In this document: in pieces, positions 49,256 through 59,789 of the stretch
How the letters are laid out: the number at the start of each line of letters is the position of its first letter
Position numbering within the stretch: position 1 is the stretch's first letter
Assembly: GCA_022605425.2 (NCBI GenBank)
Contig: JAKIMF020000005.1
Span: 1,302,001-1,366,000, forward strand
Length of the DNA: 64,000 nucleotides
Reading direction: 5' to 3'
DNA from: Hamiltosporidium tvaerminnensis FI-OER-3-3
Lineage: Eukaryota; Fungi; Microsporidia
Made by a program: the position numbers and the translations under genes
The notes under the pieces: model-generated
Databases searched by the model: none
The model's input: only the letters and a program-made list of their open reading frames with translations
Told to the model about the DNA's origin: nothing

Positions 49256-52200
49256 TTTATTTAATAAAATTCTGGGTTAAAATATTTTAACATTTTTATA
49301 TGTTTTCTTCTACCTCTTTAACCACTATTGTTTCTTCTTCCAAATCCGACTCTTCATTTATGTTATTGGTCGGTTCCTCCAGAGTGGTTCCTCCTTGTGA
49401 AATAAGGGGTGTATTATTTTTTGGTTTTAAAATTTTAACACCATCTTCCTCTCTTTTCGCTTCTTTTAAAGGGGGTATTGGTTCCTCATGCATCTCTGAT
49501 CTCATAATAACACCCATTGACGCTCTCTCCCAGCTCTCTTCGGCATTTAGTCCTGACTCAAGTCCTCTTCGTCGATCAAAGGAAATTGTTTCGACTGTTT
49601 TCTTAAGTACTATATACTGAATGTATGCCTCTACATTCATGGGTATTTCTAGTCTTTTAAGATGAGATTTATGGTATTTTGTCACAATACCGTCCCAGGT
49701 CATCACATAAGGGATTATCTCAACACTACACCTATAAATAAGACCCAACTCATTGGCTAGCAGGTCATACTTCCTAAGTTTTTCAGTTTCAACTATTTGA
49801 AGTGAATCTTGGGAAGTGATTCCTACTTCAATGAGTGTTATCTTATTCTTCTTCTTATCTAAAATAAATATGTCCGGTCTGTTATTCCGAATTTTAACAT
49901 CAGTTTTAATTCTGGTGTCCACTCTTATCTCTGCATACTCATTATCAAGAATTTCTTGAACTGAGTGGCTCCTTATTCGTTTTGAAGACTTAAACTTATA
50001 TCTATTTAGAAGAAGAAGGTGTAGGCATCTGACCACTTCATTATGCCGTCTAGTGTAATCATGGCCTAGCATTTTTTCGCATCTAGTTGCTAGATGATCC
50101 ACAGTCTTACCAGACTTCCCGCAATGTTGACACACACCATCTGCTCCCCAGAATACATTTCTATCCTGGATATAGCAGAACACAGCTTCATTTCGTGGCC
50201 TAATATTTCCTCTCTTTAGCCACCTTGAAGAGTCACTAACACTCACAAGCTCATTTTTTCTTGCATTATATAACTTTGAATGGAGTTTTCGTTTTTCTAT
50301 TTCGTTATATAGTTTTGCAAGTTGAGCTTCTTCTAAACTTTTCTTAGTGACTTCTTCTACCAACCTGTACTTTACTTTTAAGAAGCCTTTTATTAGTGCA
50401 AGATGGGTTTTATTATTATTCTCCACCTTGAGGATTGCTGCTCGTCTAGTTGATATTTCTTTACTTTTTTCCAGACAATCCAAGAGTTGCAGAAGCATAT
50501 GTTCGCTTCTCAACTCAACACTATGTAGGCCTCTTCCAAGTTCTGTTCTAGGAAGATACAACCGCTCTTTACATCCTGGGCGGAGATGTATCTTATTTTT
50601 AACCAACACCGCACGCACTGCATCATCTAACTTAGAGAAGTCAGCCGGTTCAAGTCGAAGTACTCCTATGTGGTAGTTGATTAACGATATCGCATGTTGA
50701 TTGATTGCAGAAAATAAATTTTTTGCGTTTAATCTAGTGTGACAAAGTCTTTCAACTCTTGATATAAGTTTGCTCTGTACTTCTTCAAATGAGCTACGTG
50801 TTGGGATTCCTCTGCTATCTTCTATTATTCCTAAATATTTGTAAACACTAACACCTTCTAGAAGAGTAGCAGTATCTTCACAACACGTATCATTTGTGGC
50901 TGACTTCTCTTTGTTAATCTCTAAGCCAATCACCTCTAAAAATTCCTTTGCCTCGCCTGTCATAGCACTCAATGTGGAGCTGTCTTTTGCAAGGAGCTTA
51001 AGATCATCAATAAACAAGAGATGATTAGTAGAATGGGATTCTGCATCTGTTTGTACTGTCACTTTTGTGTATTTTTCATTAAGCTTTCGGCTTAATGGAT
51101 CCATACACAACACAAATAACAAAGGTGACAGACTATCTCCTTGTAGAATCCCTCTATCAATCTTCTTGCTCATGATTTTTTCAGGCCCTACTGATATATC
51201 AATTTTCCATTTTGATATAATTACCTTAATAAATTTCAGGATCCAATCAGGTAAATTAAGGTTTTCAATGCATTGAGTTAAATAAGCATGATCTATTGAA
51301 TCATAAGCTTTTTTAACATCAATCCATGTTGCCTTAAGATTATTTCCATACTCTTTATTTAAGGCAATATTCAGTAGAGCCTGCTCTTTCGCTCCCTGCA
51401 CACCTCTTACCGCCCCTAGTTGGTTCTCTGCAAGCAACCCTCGCCTTTCCACTTCAAGTTGAACGACTTTCGTTACACACTTTGTCGTTAACTTATAGAG
51501 GTTGGACATACAAGTGATTGGCCTGTAGTCAGAGCCTCTTCGTGGAATTCCTTTCGGTATCAAATACGTAAGCCCGCAGTAAAACCAATCAGCTTGAGGT
51601 GTTCCTTCTAAACATATAACTTTCACAATATCATAAAGATATTTGTGAAGAGTTGTAAGTTTCTTAATGAAAAAATTGTAAATACCATCAATTCCAGCAG
51701 CTTTCCAATTGGGGAGCCAATTAATGATATTTACAAATTCATCAAGTGAAGGAAACGTGGTCGGATGATTATCTGATACAAATGGAATCAAATAATCATC
51801 GTACGTGACTGTGTCATCATTTTTGTTCCACATTGTAGACCAAAAACTCACAATTTCATCACGGCTAACCACATGCTCGAATTCTACACGCTCAGATAAC
51901 CCACGATAAAATCGACCTCGGAAAAGCTCAAACATACGATTCTCTTTTCGGAATTGCTTCCTACTTTCATGCATCGTAATTTTTTTCTCGTAAACATTCA
52001 AAGACTCATTCTTCTTAACTAAAGCCTCAGAAAGATCAGTTACGCTGCTCAAGTTTAAATTAAACTCTCGCATGATTTTCTTAAGGCTCTTCGTTTCCGA
52101 AGTGGAGAGCTTTTCCTGCTTACGAGCTTTCTCGAGGAGATCTTTGGAAAGTACTAACTTAGAAATTTTACTTTCTATGTGTTCCTTCCAAGCGGATCTA

Positions 52201-53068
52201 GGCTTCTCTTTACGTGTTGCCTCGTCATAGCATACCTGCGCAGCTTGCATGATATACGCGGCTTCCGTAATTGACTCAGGTACATGAGCTCCTGCATATT
52301 CACCGACTACTCGATTTATGAGATCCAGAACTTTACTATCAACCAATTCATTTGGATGTTTTCTAGTTCGGACCACCACTTTTCCAATTTCGTTCTCAGA
52401 GATTTCTTTGATTTTACTCAAGAATTTATCTCTCAGGTTTATGTACTCCGTGGTGTCGGTCAAGGTGCATGTATCAGCGAGACAAGTGGCGATTCTACGT
52501 CGCTCTCCATTCTCTTCTGATTTTACATCCTTTCCCATCTCACTTTGTGCCAATTTTTTTAACACTTCGAGAGTTTCAGTGCAGCCGAATTTCTCATTAT
52601 AGTACCTGTGAAGCTCTGTCCAGCCATTTCTTGGCATTCTTTCAAACCTTGTCTGTACTGCAAAAAAAACAATTCGAGGCCATTCCTTCGGGTCGGCTGT
52701 TACGGAATCGAATATCGTCCGCAATGCCATTAGCCTGTTACCTTCCGGAATAGCTAGAGTACAGGGGCTTGTCATGTCGTACGATGGCTCGCACGCAGAG
52801 ACTTCAACCGAAGAGGGAACTGGTGCATTAGGCGAAGGTAAGGTGTCAAGCCCACTATTTTGCATTTTACTGCATGTTTGGCTTGGTGGTGGAGGTGTTA
52901 TTGTTGTGTAGGGGGAGGAAGGTAGGGGAATCGCCGGTGGGTGTAGCTTACATTTTTGTATCTCACTATCACTCTTTTTCACCTCATCAGCGTCGTTTGC
53001 AGCCTTTATTTTGGTATTATTCGATATTTCGCTGCTAACATTTTTCTTTCTACCCATTTTAAAAAAAT
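49256..53068 (-). mobile_element. Intact R4/Dong-clade RLE non-LTR retrotransposon (3813 bp)
   Basis: Perfect 14-bp TSD TCAGCTTTTGCAAA at 49242-49255 and 53069-53082; single uninterrupted ORF; family 3' tail. Confidence 0.95.
49296..53057 (-). CDS. Reverse transcriptase plus CCHC knuckle and restriction-like endonuclease (1253 aa from MGRKK)
   Basis: KAAGIDGI, DYRPITC, IDVKKAYDS, GILQGDSLSP, LFIDD, YKYLG, RLYLPRTELGRGL, CQHC..HLATRC, RHN, RPD..IEV. The ORF track start (53081, TTG) lies in the TSD, so ATG 53057 is the start. Confidence 0.96.
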   Translation of the reverse strand: MGRKKNVSSEISNNTKIKAANDADEVKKSDSEIQKCKLHPPAIPLPSSPYTTITPPPPSQTCSKMQNSGLDTLPSPNAPVPSSVEVSACEPSYDMTSPCTLAIPEGNRLMALRTIFDSVTADPKEWPRIVFFAVQTRFERMPRNGWTELHRYYNEKFGCTETLEVLKKLAQSEMGKDVKSEENGERRRIATCLADTCTLTDTTEYINLRDKFLSKIKEISENEIGKVVVRTRKHPNELVDSKVLDLINRVVGEYAGAHVPESITEAAYIMQAAQVCYDEATRKEKPRSAWKEHIESKISKLVLSKDLLEKARKQEKLSTSETKSLKKIMREFNLNLSSVTDLSEALVKKNESLNVYEKKITMHESRKQFRKENRMFELFRGRFYRGLSERVEFEHVVSRDEIVSFWSTMWNKNDDTVTYDDYLIPFVSDNHPTTFPSLDEFVNIINWLPNWKAAGIDGIYNFFIKKLTTLHKYLYDIVKVICLEGTPQADWFYCGLTYLIPKGIPRRGSDYRPITCMSNLYKLTTKCVTKVVQLEVERRGLLAENQLGAVRGVQGAKEQALLNIALNKEYGNNLKATWIDVKKAYDSIDHAYLTQCIENLNLPDWILKFIKVIISKWKIDISVGPEKIMSKKIDRGILQGDSLSPLLFVLCMDPLSRKLNEKYTKVTVQTDAESHSTNHLLFIDDLKLLAKDSSTLSAMTGEAKEFLEVIGLEINKEKSATNDTCCEDTATLLEGVSVYKYLGIIEDSRGIPTRSSFEEVQSKLISRVERLCHTRLNAKNLFSAINQHAISLINYHIGVLRLEPADFSKLDDAVRAVLVKNKIHLRPGCKERLYLPRTELGRGLHSVELRSEHMLLQLLDCLEKSKEISTRRAAILKVENNNKTHLALIKGFLKVKYRLVEEVTKKSLEEAQLAKLYNEIEKRKLHSKLYNARKNELVSVSDSSRWLKRGNIRPRNEAVFCYIQDRNVFWGADGVCQHCGKSGKTVDHLATRCEKMLGHDYTRRHNEVVRCLHLLLLNRYKFKSSKRIRSHSVQEILDNEYAEIRVDTRIKTDVKIRNNRPDIFILDKKKNKITLIEVGITSQDSLQIVETEKLRKYDLLANELGLIYRCSVEIIPYVMTWDGIVTKYHKSHLKRLEIPMNVEAYIQYIVLKKTVETISFDRRRGLESGLNAEESWERASMGVIMRSEMHEEPIPPLKEAKREEDGVKILKPKNNTPLISQGGTTLEEPTNNINEESDLEEETIVVKEVEENI

Positions 53069-53138
53069 TCAGCTTTTGCAAAAATATATAAATTTAATTT
53101 ATAATTTGAGTATGAAATAAAATTATTTTTGTTATATA

Positions 53139-53619
53139 TTTATTTAATAAAATTCTGGGTTAAAATATTTTTTCCGATTTTTATATGTTTTATTCTACCT
53201 CTTTAACCACTATTGTCTCTTCTTTCAAATCCGACTCTTCATTTATGTTATTGGTCGGTTCCTCCAAAGTAGTTCCTCCTTGTGAAATAAGAGGTGTATT
53301 ATTTTTTGGTTTTAAAATTTTTAACCACCTTCCTCTCTTTTCTCTTCTTTTAAAGGGGGTATTGGTTCCTCATGCATCTCTGATCTCATAATAACACCCA
53401 TTGACGCTCTCTCCCATCTCTCTTCGGCATTTAGTCCTGACTCAAGTCCTCTTCGTCGATCAAAGGAAATTGTTTCGACTGTTTTCTTAAGTACTATAGA
53501 CTGAATGTATGCCTCTACATTAATGGGTATTTCTAGTCTTTTAAGATGAGATTTATTGTATTTTGTCACAATACCGTCCCAGGTCATCACATAAGGGATT
53601 ATCTCAACACTACACTTAT
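53139..53619 (-). mobile_element. 5'-truncated 3' fragment of the R4-clade element
   Basis: Close match to 49256-49735, including the tail; ORF 53321-53656. Confidence 0.94.
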
Positions 53620-54666
53620 ATTCTACGTCTGCATATAAGTATTTTATTTTAAACATTTATTTAGAAATAAAAAATTTTACCAGACTAAAGAGCTAGCTTT
53701 GCTAAAATTGATAAATGTAATTATTCTACCATTAAAAGTTCTAAATAATTATAGAAATGTCATTATATATTCTCCTTTGATATGCCAAAACACATTCCCC
53801 ATTTCAAGCATTAAAATTTATCTGAAATTAATAGTTTAGAGTTATTTGCTGCAATATTTTTTTTGATAAATTATATAGAGATTTTATTCTAAAAAGCATA
53901 TTGACTTTCTTTAAATTGTTCTACAGATTAAAGACCTCTATATTGGATTTTATTATGGATAGTTTTATTTGAAGTATTTTTTTTAATATGAGATATTATT
54001 AGCAACAATATTCTTTTACATTGAAGATACAATTATATTATAATTCGAACATCCTTGAAATATTTTTTTTACCATACAACAAAATATTTGAAAGATCAAA
54101 AAAAATTTATAAATTTACCATTTTTGATACTTCAGATCATTTTTAAAAAAAAATTAATTGCAAAAAAAAATTATAAAGTTTGAATTTAAAGAGAAATAAA
54201 TACACAATAACTGTTATTTTTCATGTAAATTGTATACCTAATATAATCTGATATTTTAAAACTATGATTTTAAAAAAAATTAAATAAATTACATTTTATA
54301 TGATTTTATTACCCGGTATTAAATTTATAAAGATTTGAAATATTCAAATTATTTCTCCTTGAAAATTAGGTTTGATTATCTTAATATAATGTTATAGAAG
54401 TACAATATTGATAATAATGTTATTACCTCGAAACATGACTTTTTGTTCTATAATCATTATAACTTTCTCCGGTACTTTTTTTGGATATATCTACTTTATA
54501 TCTATTTAAAATATTCTAAATTAATCGATTAAATGAAAAAATTAAGAAAAAAAATTATAAAATTTAAATTTATACAATATGTATCATTAGCATTTAAAAA
54601 GCTTCTTCTCTTATATATTTACCCGTTTCTATAAAAAAATTTAAATCTACCCCTTCACGTTAGAAA

Positions 54667-56647
54667 ATGAATTATTTAGTTCATTTTTATCGATTCTTTA
54701 TGCATTTAGTTAATATAAATGCTTCTTTAAATCAAAAAAATGGAAAAAGAGTTCTTCCCGAAGAAATAACGATCTTGGAGATCAAACACCCCCGACATAT
54801 CGAATCATTTATTTCAGAAAACCCAAAAATATGCCTCAAAAAATCCGAATCGTGCAAAAGAACAAAGACAGGCATAAAAACTTCCGAAAAAGAAGACGGT
54901 GATACTTTGAAAAAAATCACCAGAGAAAATCAAATGAACGATGTACATCATTCTGTTGAATCAGTTATTAGTGAAGACATTCAATCAAAAATTATACCCA
55001 AAGAAAAATCTCATGAAAACCCAGATATTACATCAAATTTACCCATTTCGGAAAATTATTCAAAAGTCGACTCCAAATCGCGATTTCAGAAAATAATAGC
55101 AAAGCATAATCCTCGCATGGGTTTGAAATTAAATGATTCCTTTGAAACACAACAAACAGCCGACAAAGGTCTTATAAAACCATATATTCCATATAAAAAT
55201 GACAATAATACTATTTCTTCCAGCAATCTATATTATCATGACAATATAACAAAAAAAGTTAATATTCCTAAAGCTTTTCGCAGAAATAGATTAATTCCAA
55301 CTGAACGAATAATTCATTCATCGCGAAAAAAACAAAGTGTTGTAGAAACCAAAAAAAAACCAGCGGAACAAAAAGAACAAGAAAAAGAACAAAAAACGAT
55401 ATTAAATAAAATAAAACCGAACATTCGCAATGTTCAAAACGAACCTAAGTTTTTGGAACTTTTTAAATGCAACGTTGAATTAAAAGATCATGATAAGTCT
55501 ATTACAACCATAAAAGACGAACTAAGCGACATATTATATCCAGAAAAATCCGAAAAAGTAGTGAATATACAGTGTATAGATGAATGTTTCAATGTGAAAA
55601 ATTATCTATTTTATGATGCAAAGAATAAAACCTTTGATTTTACCCTTGAAACTTTGAAAGAAAATTATGATTTCAATAAAATATTGGAGGTTGGTAAAAA
55701 TCTTGTCGAATAGAGATTTTTTCGTATTCAAAATTCGATGCAGTCGGCATCGCTGAAACGATTAAACCAATAAAATATGCTGAAATTATTTCTGAAGTAA
55801 AAAAAAGTCAACTTAATATAATTTGTGTGGAATTAAACTATATTTATGAAAAATGTGGTAATTTTACTGAAACTTCTATAAAGAAAGGCCATGAAATATA
55901 TATGCATTATATTTGGGTTGTTATAAAGTACTTAACAGATTTGCTTTTTGATGAAAAATTATATAGCGATAAACTACATTATATAACTACACTAAATAAA
56001 ATTACTTTTTTATCAGAAAATTGCTCTCAGAATTACTAATTGGGTTCAATTTTGATCCACAGAAGGTTGAGACATATAGAATATTGAATACAATTTCATA
56101 TTATTCTGCAAATGCTCCAGTTTATAAAAAATATTTCAGTTGCAATCTTTTTACTATAATGATGCGAGCTTCATTTAGATTTCTATTTGATTCGGTGTGC
56201 AAGATTGACTATAAATGGAATACAGATTTAATTATACAACTCATTACTAATTTACAACTCAATATAAAATCCTCTAATAATAAAAGAGGAATTTATGAGT
56301 TCTTTCACAAAAATTTTCTTATGAAGATTTTCTTGGGAAAATATGATGAGATTTATACTGAGTTGAGATCTATTAATAGTATGGATAAGAGTATCCTAAA
56401 GCTAATTAATGAAGCATCTGAAAAATCTAATAGTTCTAAAGGTGTTGAAGAAAACCCAGATGACATATTCATATGTTTTATAAAGTCTGAATTCAAGATT
56501 ATCTGGATAAATTGTAAAATCTATCGTTGCAAGTTTGCATTTTTAAAATTTGGGCACAAGAAAAGCTATGAAAAAATCTTAAATGAAATTATACAACAGA
56601 AGAAAATCTATTCCCCTCCCGAATACCCGAGTACAATGAGTATTTAA
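54667..56647 (+). pseudogene. Putative secreted protein gene broken by two frameshifts
   Basis: CCC motif and signal-like N-terminus. ORFs 54667-55713, ~55699-56039 and 56021-56647 join if one A is added at each of two A-runs (~55696-55700 and ~56017-56020). Confidence 0.6.
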
Positions 56648-59144
56648 AATAAATTTATAAATTTTTTTTAAGTTCTAATATCGTTTTTATTTATTCTCTA
56701 TATTTTGTAAAAATAACGAAAAATCTAAAACTTTAAATCGAATAATAGGATATATTTGATTTCTGTTCAATTATCTTCAGATTTTAACTTTTAATACTAC
56801 TATATAACAATTTTATTTATATTCGATTAGACTTTTAAATTATATGAAGCCTTCCCAACGGTTTATATAATCTAAATTTTAATTTGAGATGTTCTTTTTG
56901 TATTGGTAATAAAATATTTAAGTGCTTTATATGCTTTATGAAGAGATTTTTAATGGTATTTTGAATCTAATATAAGATTATGTCATGATTTTATCTGTGC
57001 TCATATTGTAAAATTTTTTCTTTTACTAAATTGCGGGTGCTTAGAATTTTTCAGTGTTCAGAAAAAGGTTTAGTTCCATTATTATCATTTCAGCTTTCTA
57101 GCTTAAATATTACGATATTTAGTTAAAAGAACATTTCACGTTATAATACAAGTAATAATATACGAATCTAATTGTAGAAACAAGTTGTCATTATTTATAT
57201 ATCCCATATTCCTTGCGTTTGGGTTTCAGACTTCGGAATGTAATTTGTGAATGAATATTATAAATCAATTCCTTCTCAAATGCAAACCTAATAGATCTCT
57301 TTTGCTTACTTACCTATTCTATTTCTCTTTACCTCTCAGTGTCGAGGATAAAAAAATTTAATTTCACCATTTCTTTCTTTTAATCTGTTGTAACTCAGGA
57401 TTATAGAGAATTGGCATATAGATTCAGTGCGGTTTATATCCCAAAAAATGGCAAAAATGGATTTCACACCGATTATAGGCACACATTTCCAACCAGATAG
57501 TTTTAATAAGGTATCCTCTACCCGCTTCTCTTTTGCTTATTCCTTAATCTTTCCTTGTTACATTCTTTATTATGCTTATATTTTTATACCAACAGAATAA
57601 TGTAGTATTTAAGTAAAATAATTTCACTTTTCTTACATATTAGAAAGAAAGAAAGAGAGAGATAGAAAAAAAATCATAAAACAGTCTAGAAGCACTCTTA
57701 TATAAATAAAATAGATTAAACAACGTATCAAGTAATAAAACCAAAATTATAATGTATAAAGAATCAATTAAAATAAAAAAAACAAATTCGTCAAAAAATA
57801 TTCTACAATATATTTCATACAAATTATTTTAACATAAACTATTGCTTGAACAAGCATTTCAATAGGTTTTACATTTGAAAATGACAAAAACAGGAAAATA
57901 TTCTTGTTCTATTTAGAATTAATTATTGTGGTGTTTGATAAACATTAAAACCATTAAATCATTTCGCATACAGAAAATATGAAACTTTCGGTATATATTT
58001 CATTGATATTTGCTTTGATAGTGCAAGTTCAAAATTGATGGCTGTAACATAGTAGGGTCAATACTTTAATTTAAACTTTCCAATGAAATGTGAGATCGAT
58101 TTAAATTTTTGAATGAATTCCTGTAAAACATAGAAACTTAATTCTAATTATAAGTTACTTTTTTAATAAATTAGTCAAACAGTTTAGTATAAAAAAATAA
58201 TTGCAAGTAATTGTAAATTTAAAATTTGTTTTTTGTAATACAATATAACAGTTTGGTTTCTTAATGAGAATATTATTCAAATTGAAGAAAAATAATCAAA
58301 TTTAAGAAATTTTATATTTTTATAAATACTTAAGTGATATAAAAATCATTTGAAATATATTTTACCACTTTGTAAAATCTCATTTGGTTAAAAAACTTTT
58401 CTAAACAAACAAAAATATCGAACCGGGATTTAAATATCAAAATGCTCTTCTTTTGTAAGATTTTAAAAATTTCCAAAATAGCTATCATTGTATTTTTTAA
58501 GAAAATAAGTTACAAAGTCAAAATAAAAAGTCTACTCTCTTCTTCCTCTGTGTGTTTAATATAGCACTATCAGAATATTATTTTACTTTGGACATCAATA
58601 TAAGTCAAAAACGCTAATGTAGCATTATATAATTTTTTAGAATAGCATGAGTTGCTTCTTTATCATATAAAATAAAAATTTCATGTAGATAAAAGGAAAT
58701 GATCTTGGAACAAAAGAAAAGAAGTCTTAGTGAATTCTTCAGTTCCTTGCAAATGAGACCTAAAAAAAATTTATAGTAAGAAAAATAGAATGTATGATAA
58801 TATAGAAAATCAACTGCTTTTGATTCAGTACTAAATACAAATTATTCTTCGAAAAAGTTCAGTATTAAAAATCTCCGCAAAAAATGATAAAAACTTAAAA
58901 TAAACTTTTTAAAACTAAATTAGACCAAAGTATAAATAAATTTAAAACTTAAAATCTAAAAAATATTCATAAAAATAAAAACCTAAAATTCTGAAACGAA
59001 CGAAATAATATAAAATTTGCTATAAAATGTGAGCAAATTTATTTTTAAAGCACAATTTTGGCGAAACAAATCATAGTTTATGTGCCAACTTAGATTCCAA
59101 AGAACGTTCTTTAGATTTTTAAAAGTATATAAAGAAGAAAAAAA

Positions 59145-59789
59145 ATGAAATTAATGAAAAAATACAATTGTTGTTTTTTAATACAAAGTTTAATATTTCT
59201 TATTCCGCTCAACTATATACAATGTTCAAATTCATTCATGCGAAATCCTAACAATATTGCAGATATGTTTATGGTAAAAGAAAAACAAAGAAAATATGGT
59301 CCAGGTTTGGTGATACCAGTAGAAGAAGTCAATCCTAACCCTATAATATATCCATAAAAATACCGTGGAAACGGAAAATTTAATATGAATGACTATATAC
59401 CAGCAATGAAAGTACAAATAATCATACAAAATTTGAGTCGACCAGAAGTATTTGAAGGAAACAGCAAGGAGGAAAACGGTAAAGAAGAACCAAAAGAGGA
59501 AGATATTAAGCCGGAAGAAAAGGAAGAAATTAAAGATGAAAATAAAGACGAAAAAAAAGACGAAGATAAAGTTGAAAATAAAGATGAAGATGAAGAAGAT
59601 GAAGACAAGTCTGAAGAAAACGATAATAAAAAAGAAGAAGACAAGGAAGAGAACAAAGAGATTCTCACTAGCGATGAAAAGACCCTTAATCCTGCTACAG
59701 AAGATAACCAGATAAAAGATCTGAACACCAAAAACCAAGATGACCTTCCTGCAGCTGATCAAAGCAAGGAATCAGCTACTTCAAAGTAA
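59145..59789 (+). CDS. Putative secreted protein with a highly acidic (E/D/K) tail, split by one in-frame TAA (59355-59357)
   Basis: Hydrophobic N-terminus FLIQSLIFLIPL; ORFs 59145-59357 and 59385-59789 are in the same frame. Confidence 0.6.

Noticed and set aside
33845-59357. Alternative genetic code (TAA as sense) suggested by two in-frame TAAs
   Set aside because: CCT1, the CHY protein, RPL18, Hsp70 and the RT ORF all end at TAA at their expected C-termini
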